This document shows, one piece after another, positions 10,120-21,122 of a DNA stretch of 64,000 nt. The first letter of the stretch is position 1. Each line of letters begins with the position of its first letter. The stretch comes from Paramoeba atlantica (Eukaryota; Protista; Discosea). The DNA is taken from positions 310,001 through 374,000 of the forward strand of contig CDRNVI010000020.1 of assembly GCA_977017575.1 (NCBI GenBank). Reading direction: 5' to 3'. A program made the position numbers and the translations under genes. Under the pieces are notes generated by a model that saw only the letters and a list, made by a program, of their open reading frames with translations, was not told the DNA's origin and did not search any database.

Positions 10120-13100
10120 ATGCAGAACTCTCGATTGACCCATCTCTTCAGCGCCAAGACTACGGCGTCACAACAAGATGAGTCCTTACGAGTGGAATTC
10201 ATGTCACTTGTTCGAGACGTTTGTGAGCGTACGCTATTTCCCGAGTTTATCGTACCACTGTCTCATGACATAACCTCTCTGTTATCTCAAGCCTTACGTT
10301 CTAATCATTATCCTGTGCAAACGTCGGAGGAATTATCTTCCCCTCTTTCCTCACCAACATACCAACGCGAACGAAATCCTAGCGATCCCCATGATCACGA
10401 GGTCGTCACTCACCATACCGACAGTTTAATCAGCGGAAAATCCCACGAACTCACACTGGACTATTTTACCAATTCCAATCCCGAAACCTTCAGCGACGCC
10501 ACCAGTCGTGATTTTCTTGCCTCCTCCTTCTCCAACGACAGCTCTTCCACGGACATCGCATGTGAAGATAGTACGGAATCACCGAAAGCTTCGGACAAAC
10601 GTTTCTCTTCTCCCCCCTCCTCTGCCTCCACACCACAAAACACATCTCCGCATCCAAAAGAAACAAACCCCCACATCTCCCCTCCCTCCTCCCCTACCCC
10701 CTCCCCCTCCCCCTCCCCCTCCCCATCACACGGCTCCTCATCCATTCCTACTACCACTCCCACTACTCCCCTCCTTACGAGTAAACCACACCATACGCCT
10801 ACAAGTAGTAGTAAACCCCACAATAGTCCACCAAATAAATTTAGTAAAGAACTCACAAGTACGCGTACGCAACAACTCACGAGTACAAAGAGCAGAAAAC
10901 AACATCCTAGTCCTACGCGCGAATCACACACGCGTACGCGTACGAGTAACCCACTCACATGTACTCGCACGAGTAACCAATACACAAGTACAAGTACTCC
11001 AAGTACGAAAACGAGTACAAAGCGTCAGCCTCTCACAAGTACAAGTACAAGTACTCCAAGTACGAAAACGAGTACAAAGACTCAACCCCACACAAGTACA
11101 TGTACTCCACGTACGAAAACAAGTACAAAGCGTCAGCCCCTCACAAGTACACGTCGTAAACCACACCATCGGAATACGACCCGTAGTAGGAGTAGCCGTA
11201 GTACGCGTAGGACTACGACTACGACTCCCCGCGGGGCTCCACGACGGGCTGTCGTTACCCGGTGGCTCCCGGCCCCGTACTCCGCCCTCCCCTGGCTGCG
11301 TCTCCCCCGTACCTCCACGCTGCGCCGGGCACTGGTGTGTGCCGTGCTGTGGCGGCGGGTCGGGGGAGGGGACCCGGAGCTGCGGCGTCTCGCGGCCGGG
11401 GGCCGTACCCCCGCCCGGAACGTGGTGCGCTACTACGTGGGGCTGTTTGGGGCGCGGGGGAGGGGAGAACGAGGGTGCAGGGGGGGGGAGAAGGGGGGGA
11501 GTACCCCTGTGGGGTGTAACGGGGATGGTGAGGGTACTACCGTGTGTACGGTAGTGGATGGGGGAACCGGGGAGGGAGATGGGGGGGTAACGATGGAGGA
11601 GGAGGGGAGGAAGAAGAAGAAGAAGAAGGAAGGGGTGTGGAGGTGTGAGGAAGGTGTGGTGGGGGAGATGGAGAGGGTGGTGGAGAGATTACGTCCGGAG
11701 ATTTTGTATGTGTTCCGGGGGTATTATGCCGTCGGTGAGAATCGAAGGTGTAGTTTGGTGGATCGAAGGGAGTATCATAGGAGTGTTCATGTATTGGGGC
11801 GGCGACGGGAGCATGTTGATTTTACGTTTCGGATTTGCCCGTTAGAGGAGGATAGGGCTCGAGAATTACAATGTGAAAACAGCCCCGTAGAGCACAGCGC
11901 AATGTTTGAACATGAACGTTCGCATGAGCGCCATTTTTTAAGCGCCATTTCTGACAGCGTCACTCGTGGGCATTTTGAGAAATTGCCAAATCCTTTGTTG
12001 AGATGTATTCTAGACACTGAAAGGAGTTTCTCGTGCCAAAGTCCAGGTAATGATTTTACTTGGATCTTTTCTTTTGCGCTATGGAGGAAACGAGTTGCTG
12101 CGCTAGCTTCACTTCTCCAGGTGTACAGTACGCGAAGTTTAGTATATCATTCCTCTACATGCAGCTGCGTGACATCTCTTTCAAGTGAATGTCGTGCTAA
12201 TAGAATGTCAAGCGGCACGTGCTGTGACCGTGCATTTCTTAACCATCATTTGGGCAATCCTGTTGTCTTGCGTTCCGTAGCAGCTTTTGCTGACTGTACA
12301 CTGGGCCATCCTGCTGTACGCATTACTTCTACATTGTATCGTAATCTACTACGCATTCTTTTGGGACGAAACTACTGGACCACACGCCATGTGGTCTACA
12401 ACTGTATTGATGCTCTGCATCGAGAGTTTCTTGAAAAAGCTGCGTCAAGGCTTACAAACATTTTCCCTAGACTCCGACAACGTAGACGATCCCTCATGCA
12501 TGAAATGCTACCACTACACCTGTTCTGGAGTGTATCTGAGTACGAGAGCGACATCCGCGCTGCGATTTCTTTTCCAGTCCCACTCCCCCGAAGAGGGGAA
12601 GCTGAGAAGGATGAATTGAAGAACGGATACCGGAAACAGCAGCTAATACGGGAAGTCAACCTTGTCGATCCAAGTAGATCTTCTGTTTCCACAGATGGTC
12701 CTTCCCCTAGAAACAACACGTCGTGCGTCGTGGATGATTCCTCAAAGTCCACTTTGGGGTCCGATTTGTTTTCCATAGCACACGAGCATGTTCCATTAAA
12801 ATTCAGAAAAAAGAATGTCGCCAGGAGACGTGTTAAAGAAAAACGGAATGAGTCTCTTATTAAAGAATTTCTCGATCATCTGAATGAAAACCAGGACTCT
12901 GGCCATTCCACAGCGAATAAGGCACAAGAAGTATCTCCTGAAAATCAATTTTCGGCTGTCCAGGTTCTCCAACATGTTCAAGGTCAGTGCTTTTCGCATG
13001 AAGGTCACTCCATTTATGAATCGGGGGATGGGTTGTTTACTCTATGTCACGCATTAACCTTAGATCTGGAAGCGATTCAAGACCCGCTATATTTCTGCAT

Positions 13101-13593
13101 GACGTACGTTGCAGGCTCCTCGAGCGCATCATCAGACCAAGATTCTCTTCTTGCAACAATGGGTCCGTCTAGAAAAAATGTTGAGGAACTTTGTGAGAAT
13201 GTCACCACTCATCTTGGATCACGCGGAACTTTATTTTCAAGAGATTACAAGTTCTTTTACGACAAAAGAGTTGTGCGATTGCTTTTTGACTTACTTCGAT
13301 CAGGATTTTTTCGGAGTGATGAAATCACACTGCCAATGGTTGAGAAACTGATCAACATTTCCCGGCATGAGTTGATGATGTGCGTGGAGGTACCTTTCAC
13401 TAGGCTACCCTTACGACTCAAATCTTATTACCTGAACCGGAAACAAGGAGATGTATACAAAGATGGCGCAGTCGAAGTGATTTCATGTGACAGCGACTTG
13501 GAAGATAGGATACGCGACGTGTTAATATGGGATGAGTCGGAAAACCAGATGGGTCGCGAGGTAGAGTCTCAATGTTTCAGGAGGGCGAAGTAG
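10120..13593 (+). CDS. Hypothetical protein, 1157 aa, with S/T/P-rich low-complexity and repeat region
   Basis: Long uninterrupted ORF on the coding strand; internal TSTSTPSTKTSTK repeats; no domain recognised. Confidence 0.8.
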   Translation: MQNSRLTHLFSAKTTASQQDESLRVEFMSLVRDVCERTLFPEFIVPLSHDITSLLSQALRSNHYPVQTSEELSSPLSSPTYQRERNPSDPHDHEVVTHHTDSLISGKSHELTLDYFTNSNPETFSDATSRDFLASSFSNDSSSTDIACEDSTESPKASDKRFSSPPSSASTPQNTSPHPKETNPHISPPSSPTPSPSPSPSPSHGSSSIPTTTPTTPLLTSKPHHTPTSSSKPHNSPPNKFSKELTSTRTQQLTSTKSRKQHPSPTRESHTRTRTSNPLTCTRTSNQYTSTSTPSTKTSTKRQPLTSTSTSTPSTKTSTKTQPHTSTCTPRTKTSTKRQPLTSTRRKPHHRNTTRSRSSRSTRRTTTTTPRGAPRRAVVTRWLPAPYSALPWLRLPRTSTLRRALVCAVLWRRVGGGDPELRRLAAGGRTPARNVVRYYVGLFGARGRGERGCRGGEKGGSTPVGCNGDGEGTTVCTVVDGGTGEGDGGVTMEEEGRKKKKKKEGVWRCEEGVVGEMERVVERLRPEILYVFRGYYAVGENRRCSLVDRREYHRSVHVLGRRREHVDFTFRICPLEEDRARELQCENSPVEHSAMFEHERSHERHFLSAISDSVTRGHFEKLPNPLLRCILDTERSFSCQSPGNDFTWIFSFALWRKRVAALASLLQVYSTRSLVYHSSTCSCVTSLSSECRANRMSSGTCCDRAFLNHHLGNPVVLRSVAAFADCTLGHPAVRITSTLYRNLLRILLGRNYWTTRHVVYNCIDALHREFLEKAASRLTNIFPRLRQRRRSLMHEMLPLHLFWSVSEYESDIRAAISFPVPLPRRGEAEKDELKNGYRKQQLIREVNLVDPSRSSVSTDGPSPRNNTSCVVDDSSKSTLGSDLFSIAHEHVPLKFRKKNVARRRVKEKRNESLIKEFLDHLNENQDSGHSTANKAQEVSPENQFSAVQVLQHVQGQCFSHEGHSIYESGDGLFTLCHALTLDLEAIQDPLYFCMTYVAGSSSASSDQDSLLATMGPSRKNVEELCENVTTHLGSRGTLFSRDYKFFYDKRVVRLLFDLLRSGFFRSDEITLPMVEKLINISRHELMMCVEVPFTRLPLRLKSYYLNRKQGDVYKDGAVEVISCDSDLEDRIRDVLIWDESENQMGREVESQCFRRAK

Positions 13594-13880
13594 TCCCAAG
13601 GGCCCATGTGATGACGTTTCTTGTTCGACAGTATGGAATCGCGTTGTGTAGGGAATGTTTTGGACTTTGGTTTTTCTATGCTAAGTCTACCTCATGTTCA
13701 AATATACGATGTGTTTAATTAATTAAGTTATAAGTGTCAGTAGAATTTACTTTTTAAAAAATACGCTTGCTCCGCATCAGTGTTGATCGTTTTCCGCCTT
13801 CCAAAATTAGGTGAAACTTAGTTATTATTTGATATGCAGATGAATTCTCGGAACTGCTTTGAAATCGAACTCTTTGGCTG

Positions 13881-14822
13881 ATGCGTTTCGAAGTTCACCC
13901 TGAGGCGTACGCGACCGCACTGCTACATGCCATGCAGCATCCTTCTCAAACCATAGTTGGGCTGCTACTGGGAAAAGAAAAGAATTCGAATGTTCTGCTC
14001 CCGCGAGATTCTCCCAACAAATGTGAAGAGCCACTCGGTTTTGAAGGTAACGAAGCTATCACAGAGGTTACGTACGCGATTCCTTTGACACATTCACATC
14101 CTGAATTTACTCATATTGCTGACACGGGGGTTGAGGTTGTGACCGAAGCACTCCGCATGGCTTTGGACGACGATCTACGAAATATACGACATGGAATACG
14201 TGAGGAGGTGAGTAGCAAGATAAAGACGAATTCTCAACCGAGCGCAAGTTATCACACATCTGCCTCTCTCTTACGTGGCCTACGAATTATCGGCGTATAT
14301 TCCGCAAGTGGAGAAGCAGAAGGAGCCAATATTCATGCATCGGCGTATCGACTGTGTTCTACGCCCGGGTTCTTATTCTGGTCAATTCCCAATGAAATGG
14401 TTTCACAGTCTACTACGAAGTGTGGCATTCAGCCTTACCAGTTTTGTCCACAAAATGCTTTAGAAAATAATACAGCTTGCTTGGCCCAAAACACAGATGA
14501 TCTGTTTTTACTTCCAGCACAAAAACACACTTACATAACAGACGAACGAACATCTGTTTCAGGGTTAGATCTTATTCAGCGTATCCTTCAGGGAGCACAC
14601 GCTGGTAATCTGAATTGTACCATTCGTGGAGCTCTTACTCCGGCTGCTAATGGCGTTACGCAGGACAAAGACGAGAAGCCGTACGTTTACAGCAAAAAGT
14701 GTGAAATTGGCGACCACGATGAGATTTTGTACGTCGCGGACTTTGAAATGTTTCTAGAGGAACCGGAATTGGATATTCTAAATTTGCATGTGCAAGCCAA
14801 TAATTCGTTTGTAAAAAAGTAA
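13881..14822 (+). CDS. EMC8/9 (UPF0172, MPN-like) family protein
   Basis: N-terminal AYATALLHAMQHPSQTIVGLLLG and YAIPLTH match the EMC8/9 pattern. Confidence 0.6.
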   Translation: MRFEVHPEAYATALLHAMQHPSQTIVGLLLGKEKNSNVLLPRDSPNKCEEPLGFEGNEAITEVTYAIPLTHSHPEFTHIADTGVEVVTEALRMALDDDLRNIRHGIREEVSSKIKTNSQPSASYHTSASLLRGLRIIGVYSASGEAEGANIHASAYRLCSTPGFLFWSIPNEMVSQSTTKCGIQPYQFCPQNALENNTACLAQNTDDLFLLPAQKHTYITDERTSVSGLDLIQRILQGAHAGNLNCTIRGALTPAANGVTQDKDEKPYVYSKKCEIGDHDEILYVADFEMFLEEPELDILNLHVQANNSFVKK

Positions 14823-14858
14823 ACGGAGGAAGCCAGTGGTATGTTTCAACATTCCTTC

Positions 14859-15635
14859 TTAGTAGTCTGCCCTTTCTATGTATTTTGTTGTATTTAATTT
14901 TTGCTCATTTTTGTTGCAAACGAGAGATTTCGTTCCCCTGCTGAAGAGTATTGCATTTTTATAGAGATTTCTTCGCATCCTTTGGGTCAAAAGAACGTGC
15001 TCTTTTGTCAAATCATGTTGACAAAACAAATAGAAAGGAAGGCTGTAGCTTTTTGGAGGTTTAAAAAGTTGCAGTCCGCCTATCTCGACCCCTTTTTGAT
15101 CACAAAATTTTATATTGTTCCACGACTTTGTCGCAAAGGGTTCAGAAAAAGTCTGCTTATTCATCCACCCCGATTCAGATATAGTGACGTAACAGAAATT
15201 TTCCATGGAATTCACAGTGCTGCTGACTTCTTCTAGAATCCTTGAAGATTCACGAGATGAAGTCTGGGAGGAAAATACGATAATCGGAGGAAGAGGATAA
15301 ACCTTGTGTTGGTATACTTCAAGGAGCGCGGCCAAGAAAACAGTGACTAATTCGAAGATCTTAATTTAATGAGACTTATAGCTACTAGACTTATAGCTAT
15401 GTGGACATTAACATGGGATTAATAAATCGATGAAAATAATTTCGGGAAAAATTGATTGGGAAAAAACATCTGCTGCTTCGCGGCAGGATTCATCTTCAAA
15501 AGCAACGCTAATAGGGGCGTACCGGGGCAACGCTAGGATAGGGGGGAGTATAGCCGCAAGGTGATGTCGATTTTTTATCATGTACAAAGCTGCTTTTGTG
15601 AATGCCTTTGAAAAGCATACACCCTCTTCATACAT
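14859..15635 (-). pseudogene. Degenerate pogo/Tc5-type transposase remnant
   Basis: Fragments IKNRHHL..FPEIIF and VTISESGWMNKQTF resemble the Tc5 HTH end and the DDE_1 SxSGWM motif, spread over broken frames. Confidence 0.4.
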
Positions 15636-15752
15636 TATATGACTATTTGTCCAAAATTACCCCTATTAGAGCACATAGTACACAGTGTAGATGTACCCAG
15701 CTCACCTAACATCACTGAATCAATTTTGTATTTTCCTCGTTCAAAAACTACA

Positions 15753-16490
15753 ATGATACGGGCCGCGGATCACTCCAACGTCCGTCGGGCCCGTGTGGAT
15801 TTCCACAACCTCCCCCTCGAACACCAACTCGCGCGATTCACTGCGCAAATTATCAATCCCGACTCCACGTGGACTGAGGCCACCCCGGGCTGTGAGTGGT
15901 TCGGCGTCCACTGCGACGACTCCGGCCACATCACCGAACTCAAGTGGAGTGGCCAGGAGTACATCCCGGACGGGAGCTACGAGGGGTCGTTGTTGTGGGA
16001 ACACACCCCCATGGGGCTTACCCGGCTCCATTTCAAGGATAACGCTCTCCATGGAACACTCGCGACCGAGGTGTTGCCCAATTCTCTGCGTTATGTCTCG
16101 GGACGGGACAACCACCTCAGCGGTCCGCTGGCACTGGAAAACCTTCCCGCAGAGATCCGTCACTGGGATGTGCGAAACAACGCATTTTCCGGGACCCTCG
16201 ATCTCACCGCGCTGCCGCAGCATTTAGAGATCCTATCGCTGAGTGGGAATGCGTTTTCCGGGGGCGTGGATTTGCGCACGCTTCCGGGATCCTTGCTGAA
16301 ACTCGATCTCTCGAACAACCAGCTGGAGGGGGAGGTGGACCTCACGGCGCTTCAGGAGGGCATTCGGGTGTTGTTGATGAATGCAAACCGGTTTACCGGG
16401 ATTGCGGACATGCGCAACCGTCCGAACAGTCTTGTGAGCTTTTATTCAAAGGAAAATGAGTGGGATGTTCTAAGAGCAGGGGGTCAATGA
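15753..16490 (+). CDS. LRR family protein 5
   Basis: RRARVDFHNLPLEHQLARF..NPDSTW..CEWFGVHC cap plus LRRs. Confidence 0.9.
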   Translation: MIRAADHSNVRRARVDFHNLPLEHQLARFTAQIINPDSTWTEATPGCEWFGVHCDDSGHITELKWSGQEYIPDGSYEGSLLWEHTPMGLTRLHFKDNALHGTLATEVLPNSLRYVSGRDNHLSGPLALENLPAEIRHWDVRNNAFSGTLDLTALPQHLEILSLSGNAFSGGVDLRTLPGSLLKLDLSNNQLEGEVDLTALQEGIRVLLMNANRFTGIADMRNRPNSLVSFYSKENEWDVLRAGGQ

Positions 16491-17139
16491 ACGGGTGAGC
16501 GAACATGGAAAAAACACGACTTTTATTCTTATGTGTTTATTAATACGTAAGGTATTATTGGAGGTTCTTTTATTTGCTCGTTTAAATCTTGAAGGACATC
16601 CTTCTCACAATACTAACAAACTGCTAGTAAGTGACACTGTTGCTGATGAGAGATTCTGAGTCGAAAAAGGAGTTAAAGAACAAATAACTAACCTTGCTGC
16701 TTTCATTTTTTTGTGCATACACTCGGAGTTAGTACCTTTCGCACTGATGATGCGCAGTGAGACGCGTGTACCATAGAACGTATTTTTCCTACTAACATGT
16801 ACCGTTCATGTAAATGTAAGGCCGTGCATGTATGCTATAGCTATATTATAAGCTATTATTAGTATTATGAACTATTATTAGCTATATTATAAGGTGCAGT
16901 GGCATACGATTGGAAAATGAATGTATAAATGCAATCTAATGTGAATAGGAATCCCTTGTTTCTTGCATCAGGTATCGTACAATATGAGGTAATACCAGTA
17001 TCCCCTATTTCTTTTGTGGATATGACTTTGGGAATAAGTAGTGTCTACGCGTTTCCATCTTTAGCATTTAGTGAGCTACCAGATGCTTGCAGCAAAGATT
17101 TCATGAACAAAACTATACATTAGAACTGCATATTAAATA

Positions 17140-17907
17140 ATGAAAACACTTTGCGAAGATCCTGAACAGACGAGATTAGTTCCCGCAAAAGTAAAGCGTC
17201 ATATTTTACCACCTGAGGTGCAGCTTTCTCGTTTTCTGGGAACTAAAAATTGTAAAACGCTGGACATTTCTGAATCCCGTCCATTGCGTCATTGGAAAGG
17301 AATAGGCTGCGATGAGGATGGCGTAGTCCGCACTATAGAGTATCAATACGAAGATCTATTAAATGTGGAGTGGTTCGAGTTGCCCGAAACAATACGTGAT
17401 GTTCACATAACAGACTGTTCTCTATCGTGCTCCTTCGATCTGTCTTGGTTCCCTCGTGGGACTACGAAAATATGTGTTGAATGGAATCATCTATCTGGTA
17501 GTCTTAATTTTGACGATATTCCACCAAAATTGGAGTCCTTGGACATAAGGTCCAACCGAATGAACGGAACACTCGACCTCAGTGCGTTACCGGAGGGTCT
17601 GGTTGAACTTGATCTGGGTAGAAACCTTTTTACTGGAAACATCGATCTCTCCTCATTGCCCTCTACCTTAAGGGCTCTTGTGCTGGACCAAAATTCTCTT
17701 TTAGGTTTGGTCGACGTTACGAAAATGAGGGAGGGAATTCAAACCCTTTTTTTGTACCAGAATCATTTTACGGGTGTGTTGGATTTTCGTCACGTACCGA
17801 ATACGCTGCAACGTTTCAACGTGAAAGGTAACACATGCGAGGTATTGGCCCCAGATCACGGATGGCATGTTTCCCCTAGCGAATGTTATAGAAGAAATGG
17901 GACGTGA
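17140..17907 (+). CDS. LRR family protein 6
   Basis: PAKVKRHILPPEVQLSRF..HWKGIGC cap plus LRRs. Confidence 0.9.
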   Translation: MKTLCEDPEQTRLVPAKVKRHILPPEVQLSRFLGTKNCKTLDISESRPLRHWKGIGCDEDGVVRTIEYQYEDLLNVEWFELPETIRDVHITDCSLSCSFDLSWFPRGTTKICVEWNHLSGSLNFDDIPPKLESLDIRSNRMNGTLDLSALPEGLVELDLGRNLFTGNIDLSSLPSTLRALVLDQNSLLGLVDVTKMREGIQTLFLYQNHFTGVLDFRHVPNTLQRFNVKGNTCEVLAPDHGWHVSPSECYRRNGT

Positions 17908-18395
17908 GTGATACATGGATGAATATCATGTGTTGATTAATTTTTAAAGTTAAACCAGTGTGCTATGCGGTTGTGCTAAGGTCGAAACGCAAAATGAATC
18001 ATTATACAGAGATTAAGCTTTTGATACATCAATATGTCTCACAGTGTGGCGGGGTAGTAAAAACTGAGATGTTAACCCTGCTGAAAAACATCGTCCAATA
18101 AATAAAACAACTGGAGAGTGGAACTACATTATACGTAACTGAACAAGTGTATGTGTAAATTGTACTTGCTAATCTTATTTTTCGCCACTCAATTAATTTA
18201 ATACAATACTCAATTAATTAATACAAAAAGTATCTTTCGCTTATTTTTGCAAGGTGAAATACACTACATTTTGGCAGGGGGATTATGTTGCTTTGTATTT
18301 TAAAAAAAGCAGAGAAGAAACTACCACTTTTCTTCAGCTTTGACCAGCGAAAATATATCGTTTTTTACCTTGTGTATGCAATTTACACATTGTCT

Positions 18396-19088
18396 ATGCC
18401 AACTATGCACAAAGACTCGTTTCGCCGACCGGGTCCGCTTCGCGTGTTTCCTGTTTTTGATGAAAGTTGTTTTTACCATAGGCAGCTGGCACCGAGTCAT
18501 ACAACCGAGGATTTGGCCGAAATCCCGGATCTTCCTCGTGAGAGTGCAATCACGCCATCACGTTCTATATCCCGAGCAGAGGCCAATATTTTTCTTACCG
18601 AGGCTGAATCACAAAGCTTGGCACCTTGTAGGTTTCCAGGACCACGTTGGTGGCTTCGCAGCTTTACTTCTACTTTGAGAAAGCATCAACGTGAGCGTAT
18701 GTTCCGCAAAGTGTATGAGACGCCACGCAAAAAACTGTTTTCGACGCGTATTGACATTGTAACTCATCCACAGGAAAGCATAATGCAATTGTCTCATTCG
18801 TGTGACGGGGAAGAGGCAGAGCATCCGGTACATGTATGTCCTATGAGATCCCGCCTTCTAACACTTTCTGTTTGGTGTCATGTGCATTATGCAAATGTTT
18901 TGCTTGGATGGCTACCTAGTTTTTCTGTTGGTGGGTTGTATGAACAGATGTCAAATCCTAAATTCTGGTACAGTGTATTGACGTCACGCGTTGCACAAGC
19001 ATATTACTTGATTTTGTGTCTTCATTTTCTACTATTCTTTTGGATCTTGGTAATTTCTGATCTTTTAAATGTCCAACATCCTACGTGA
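18396..19088 (+). CDS. Hypothetical protein with C-terminal hydrophobic (TM) segment
   Basis: Coding-strand ORF; C-terminal YYLILCLHFLLFFWILVI. The start is inferred. Confidence 0.6.
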   Translation: MPTMHKDSFRRPGPLRVFPVFDESCFYHRQLAPSHTTEDLAEIPDLPRESAITPSRSISRAEANIFLTEAESQSLAPCRFPGPRWWLRSFTSTLRKHQRERMFRKVYETPRKKLFSTRIDIVTHPQESIMQLSHSCDGEEAEHPVHVCPMRSRLLTLSVWCHVHYANVLLGWLPSFSVGGLYEQMSNPKFWYSVLTSRVAQAYYLILCLHFLLFFWILVISDLLNVQHPT

Positions 19089-19217
19089 AAAGTAGAAGAT
19101 CAGCGCTTCCAATACACACTTATTTATGCAACAAAAAACGGGAAAGAAAGAAAGAAAGAATTCTTCGCAGCATACCCTTTTTTTTGCAAAGTAAAGTTAT
19201 TATACCTAGGGATACTT

Positions 19218-19998
19218 ATTGCGGTGGTTGTATAACTACCGCTCTACCCTCGATTATTGAAAAAAAGTGAACAAAAACAGTGAAAATATAAAGAGGAACA
19301 CAGTAATATAATAGAAGAAAAACTTATAAAAGGGGCTCCGGTGGTCCAAAATTTTTAAAAAAAAATCGAACCCTTGGGGGGTCCATAGGGGGGGCATACC
19401 GCGCGAATTTTTTTTGAAAAAAATATTTTTCCAAACGCCCAGATAGCGCACGCCGCGGTACAAAATTGGTACCGGCGGGGCGTGCGCTAACTGGGCCACG
19501 GTGAGGAAAGGGAATTTTCCAAAATTGTTTCCCCTATTTTATTTTCATAGCTTGGGACCTATTCTAGCTTTCTACGCCATTGATTTTGCGAGATGTCGCT
19601 TCTTGAAGCCGTGGTACCCCTCCCAAAATTACCCATTTTTGACCAAAAAATGCGAAAAAGTAATTTTCGGACCCCAAGGGGTCTTTGAATGGTGTGGTTG
19701 GAGTCACATTCTCTACCCAATACGTTCTGTAGCCTCGAATGCATGCCTACGAGTGATTTCCCACACGCTAATGTCGAATTTAGTGCTCTGAGAGCAAAAA
19801 TACAGAAAAATCACCCCATTTTTACCTAAAAATCGGCTATTTTTGGCTCAAATCCTTCCGTTTTCTTCCGCTTCCCCGCCAATTTTCCTTTTTTTGGGGT
19901 CTTCGTTAAATGCGGTGGTAGTTTTCAACGCGAAGCGCGCAGCATGAGTGACTTCTAAGTTGAAAACGACCACCGCGTTTAACGAAGAGCCTAAAAAA
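19218..19998 (-). mobile_element. Double-hairpin interspersed element, complete, reverse orientation
   Basis: Small hairpin (ATTGCGGTGGTTGTATAACTACCGC) at the left and large hairpin at about 19895-19998; interior homologous to 7626-8503. Confidence 0.88.
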
Positions 19999-20388
19999 GG
20001 AAATTATACCTCCTAGGTATAATAACCCGGACAGTGGTTTATACGAATTTTGACCCCCCCCCCCATATTTTCCTGCCACCCCCTGTATTTCAATTTAAAA
20101 TCGCTGTCCTTTATTCTATTTTTCTGACGTTAGGTTCTCGACGCCGAAATCATTTTGCTGTTCACTTTCGAATTCCGCCATATTCTGCCAATTATCGCAG
20201 ACGCGTTGCCCCCCTTCTAGGTACCGAGGTATCTATCTATGGTCCGACTTTTCGCTAATTGTAATAATGCACTTCAACAGTCAAATTAATGTGAGTATTA
20301 GTAAGTATAAAAGTCCTTCAATTCAGGATTGGTTTTATTAAGGGATTTGTGTTTTCTTTCCATTCTTCAAATTAGGCAGTACATCACC

Positions 20389-20766
20389 ATGAAAAGTCGT
20401 ACTGGGCTTCTCCACTTTACATCAAACTTCGCAACGATGGTGCAATGCACGGATACACGCGGTCCTTTGTACACCGTAAAAACTCGGGGGATTAAAATCA
20501 GATGGGAGCATTATTTTACTGACGAAGCTGTCAGCCACGCTCGACGAGTAAGTTGGTCTCCACACACAACCTCTAGGAAGCAAGGGGTGTTTGCAAAACT
20601 CGCCCGATCAAATTTCCCTCAGTTTGAAGACAAAAAAGTATTCTCATACGACGTAGAACCATACAACGAACAAGCAATAGAGGCCCATCGCACCACCCTT
20701 CAACCAGACATCTACATTTACAAATACAATGTATCAGCTGTAGATTTTAAACTTCGAACACCGTAG
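20389..20766 (+). CDS. Small basic hypothetical protein (possibly mitochondrial)
   Basis: Coding-strand ORF with protein-like composition (SWSPHTTSRKQGVFAKLARSNF). The function is not recognised with confidence. Confidence 0.6.
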   Translation: MKSRTGLLHFTSNFATMVQCTDTRGPLYTVKTRGIKIRWEHYFTDEAVSHARRVSWSPHTTSRKQGVFAKLARSNFPQFEDKKVFSYDVEPYNEQAIEAHRTTLQPDIYIYKYNVSAVDFKLRTP

Positions 20767-21122
20767 CTCTACTTGCAAGACAATCCTACGAAGAATACTT
20801 TATCAAAGAAAAAATGTATCGTATTTACATTCTTTTGGATGCTGCTAATAGTAACAACAGTGCTTTATAAAGGAGCTTTACATGGATTTGTCTTCTTCTC
20901 AGTCATCGACGTGAAATCTTGCTGCAGTAAAGCGGAAAGTACCGCTTCTCCCTCGGTTATTAAAAGAGTAACCACAGTAAGAAACTCAAGTGTAACAATA
21001 TAATGCGGGAAACTAAAATTACAGGGTATTCGTCAATCTTTTAAAAACGATCGGTGACTTTTATTTTATGCACTTTTGTTCAAAAATACTTTCAAGTTAG
21101 GCGTCGCAACTATTGTCTATTC

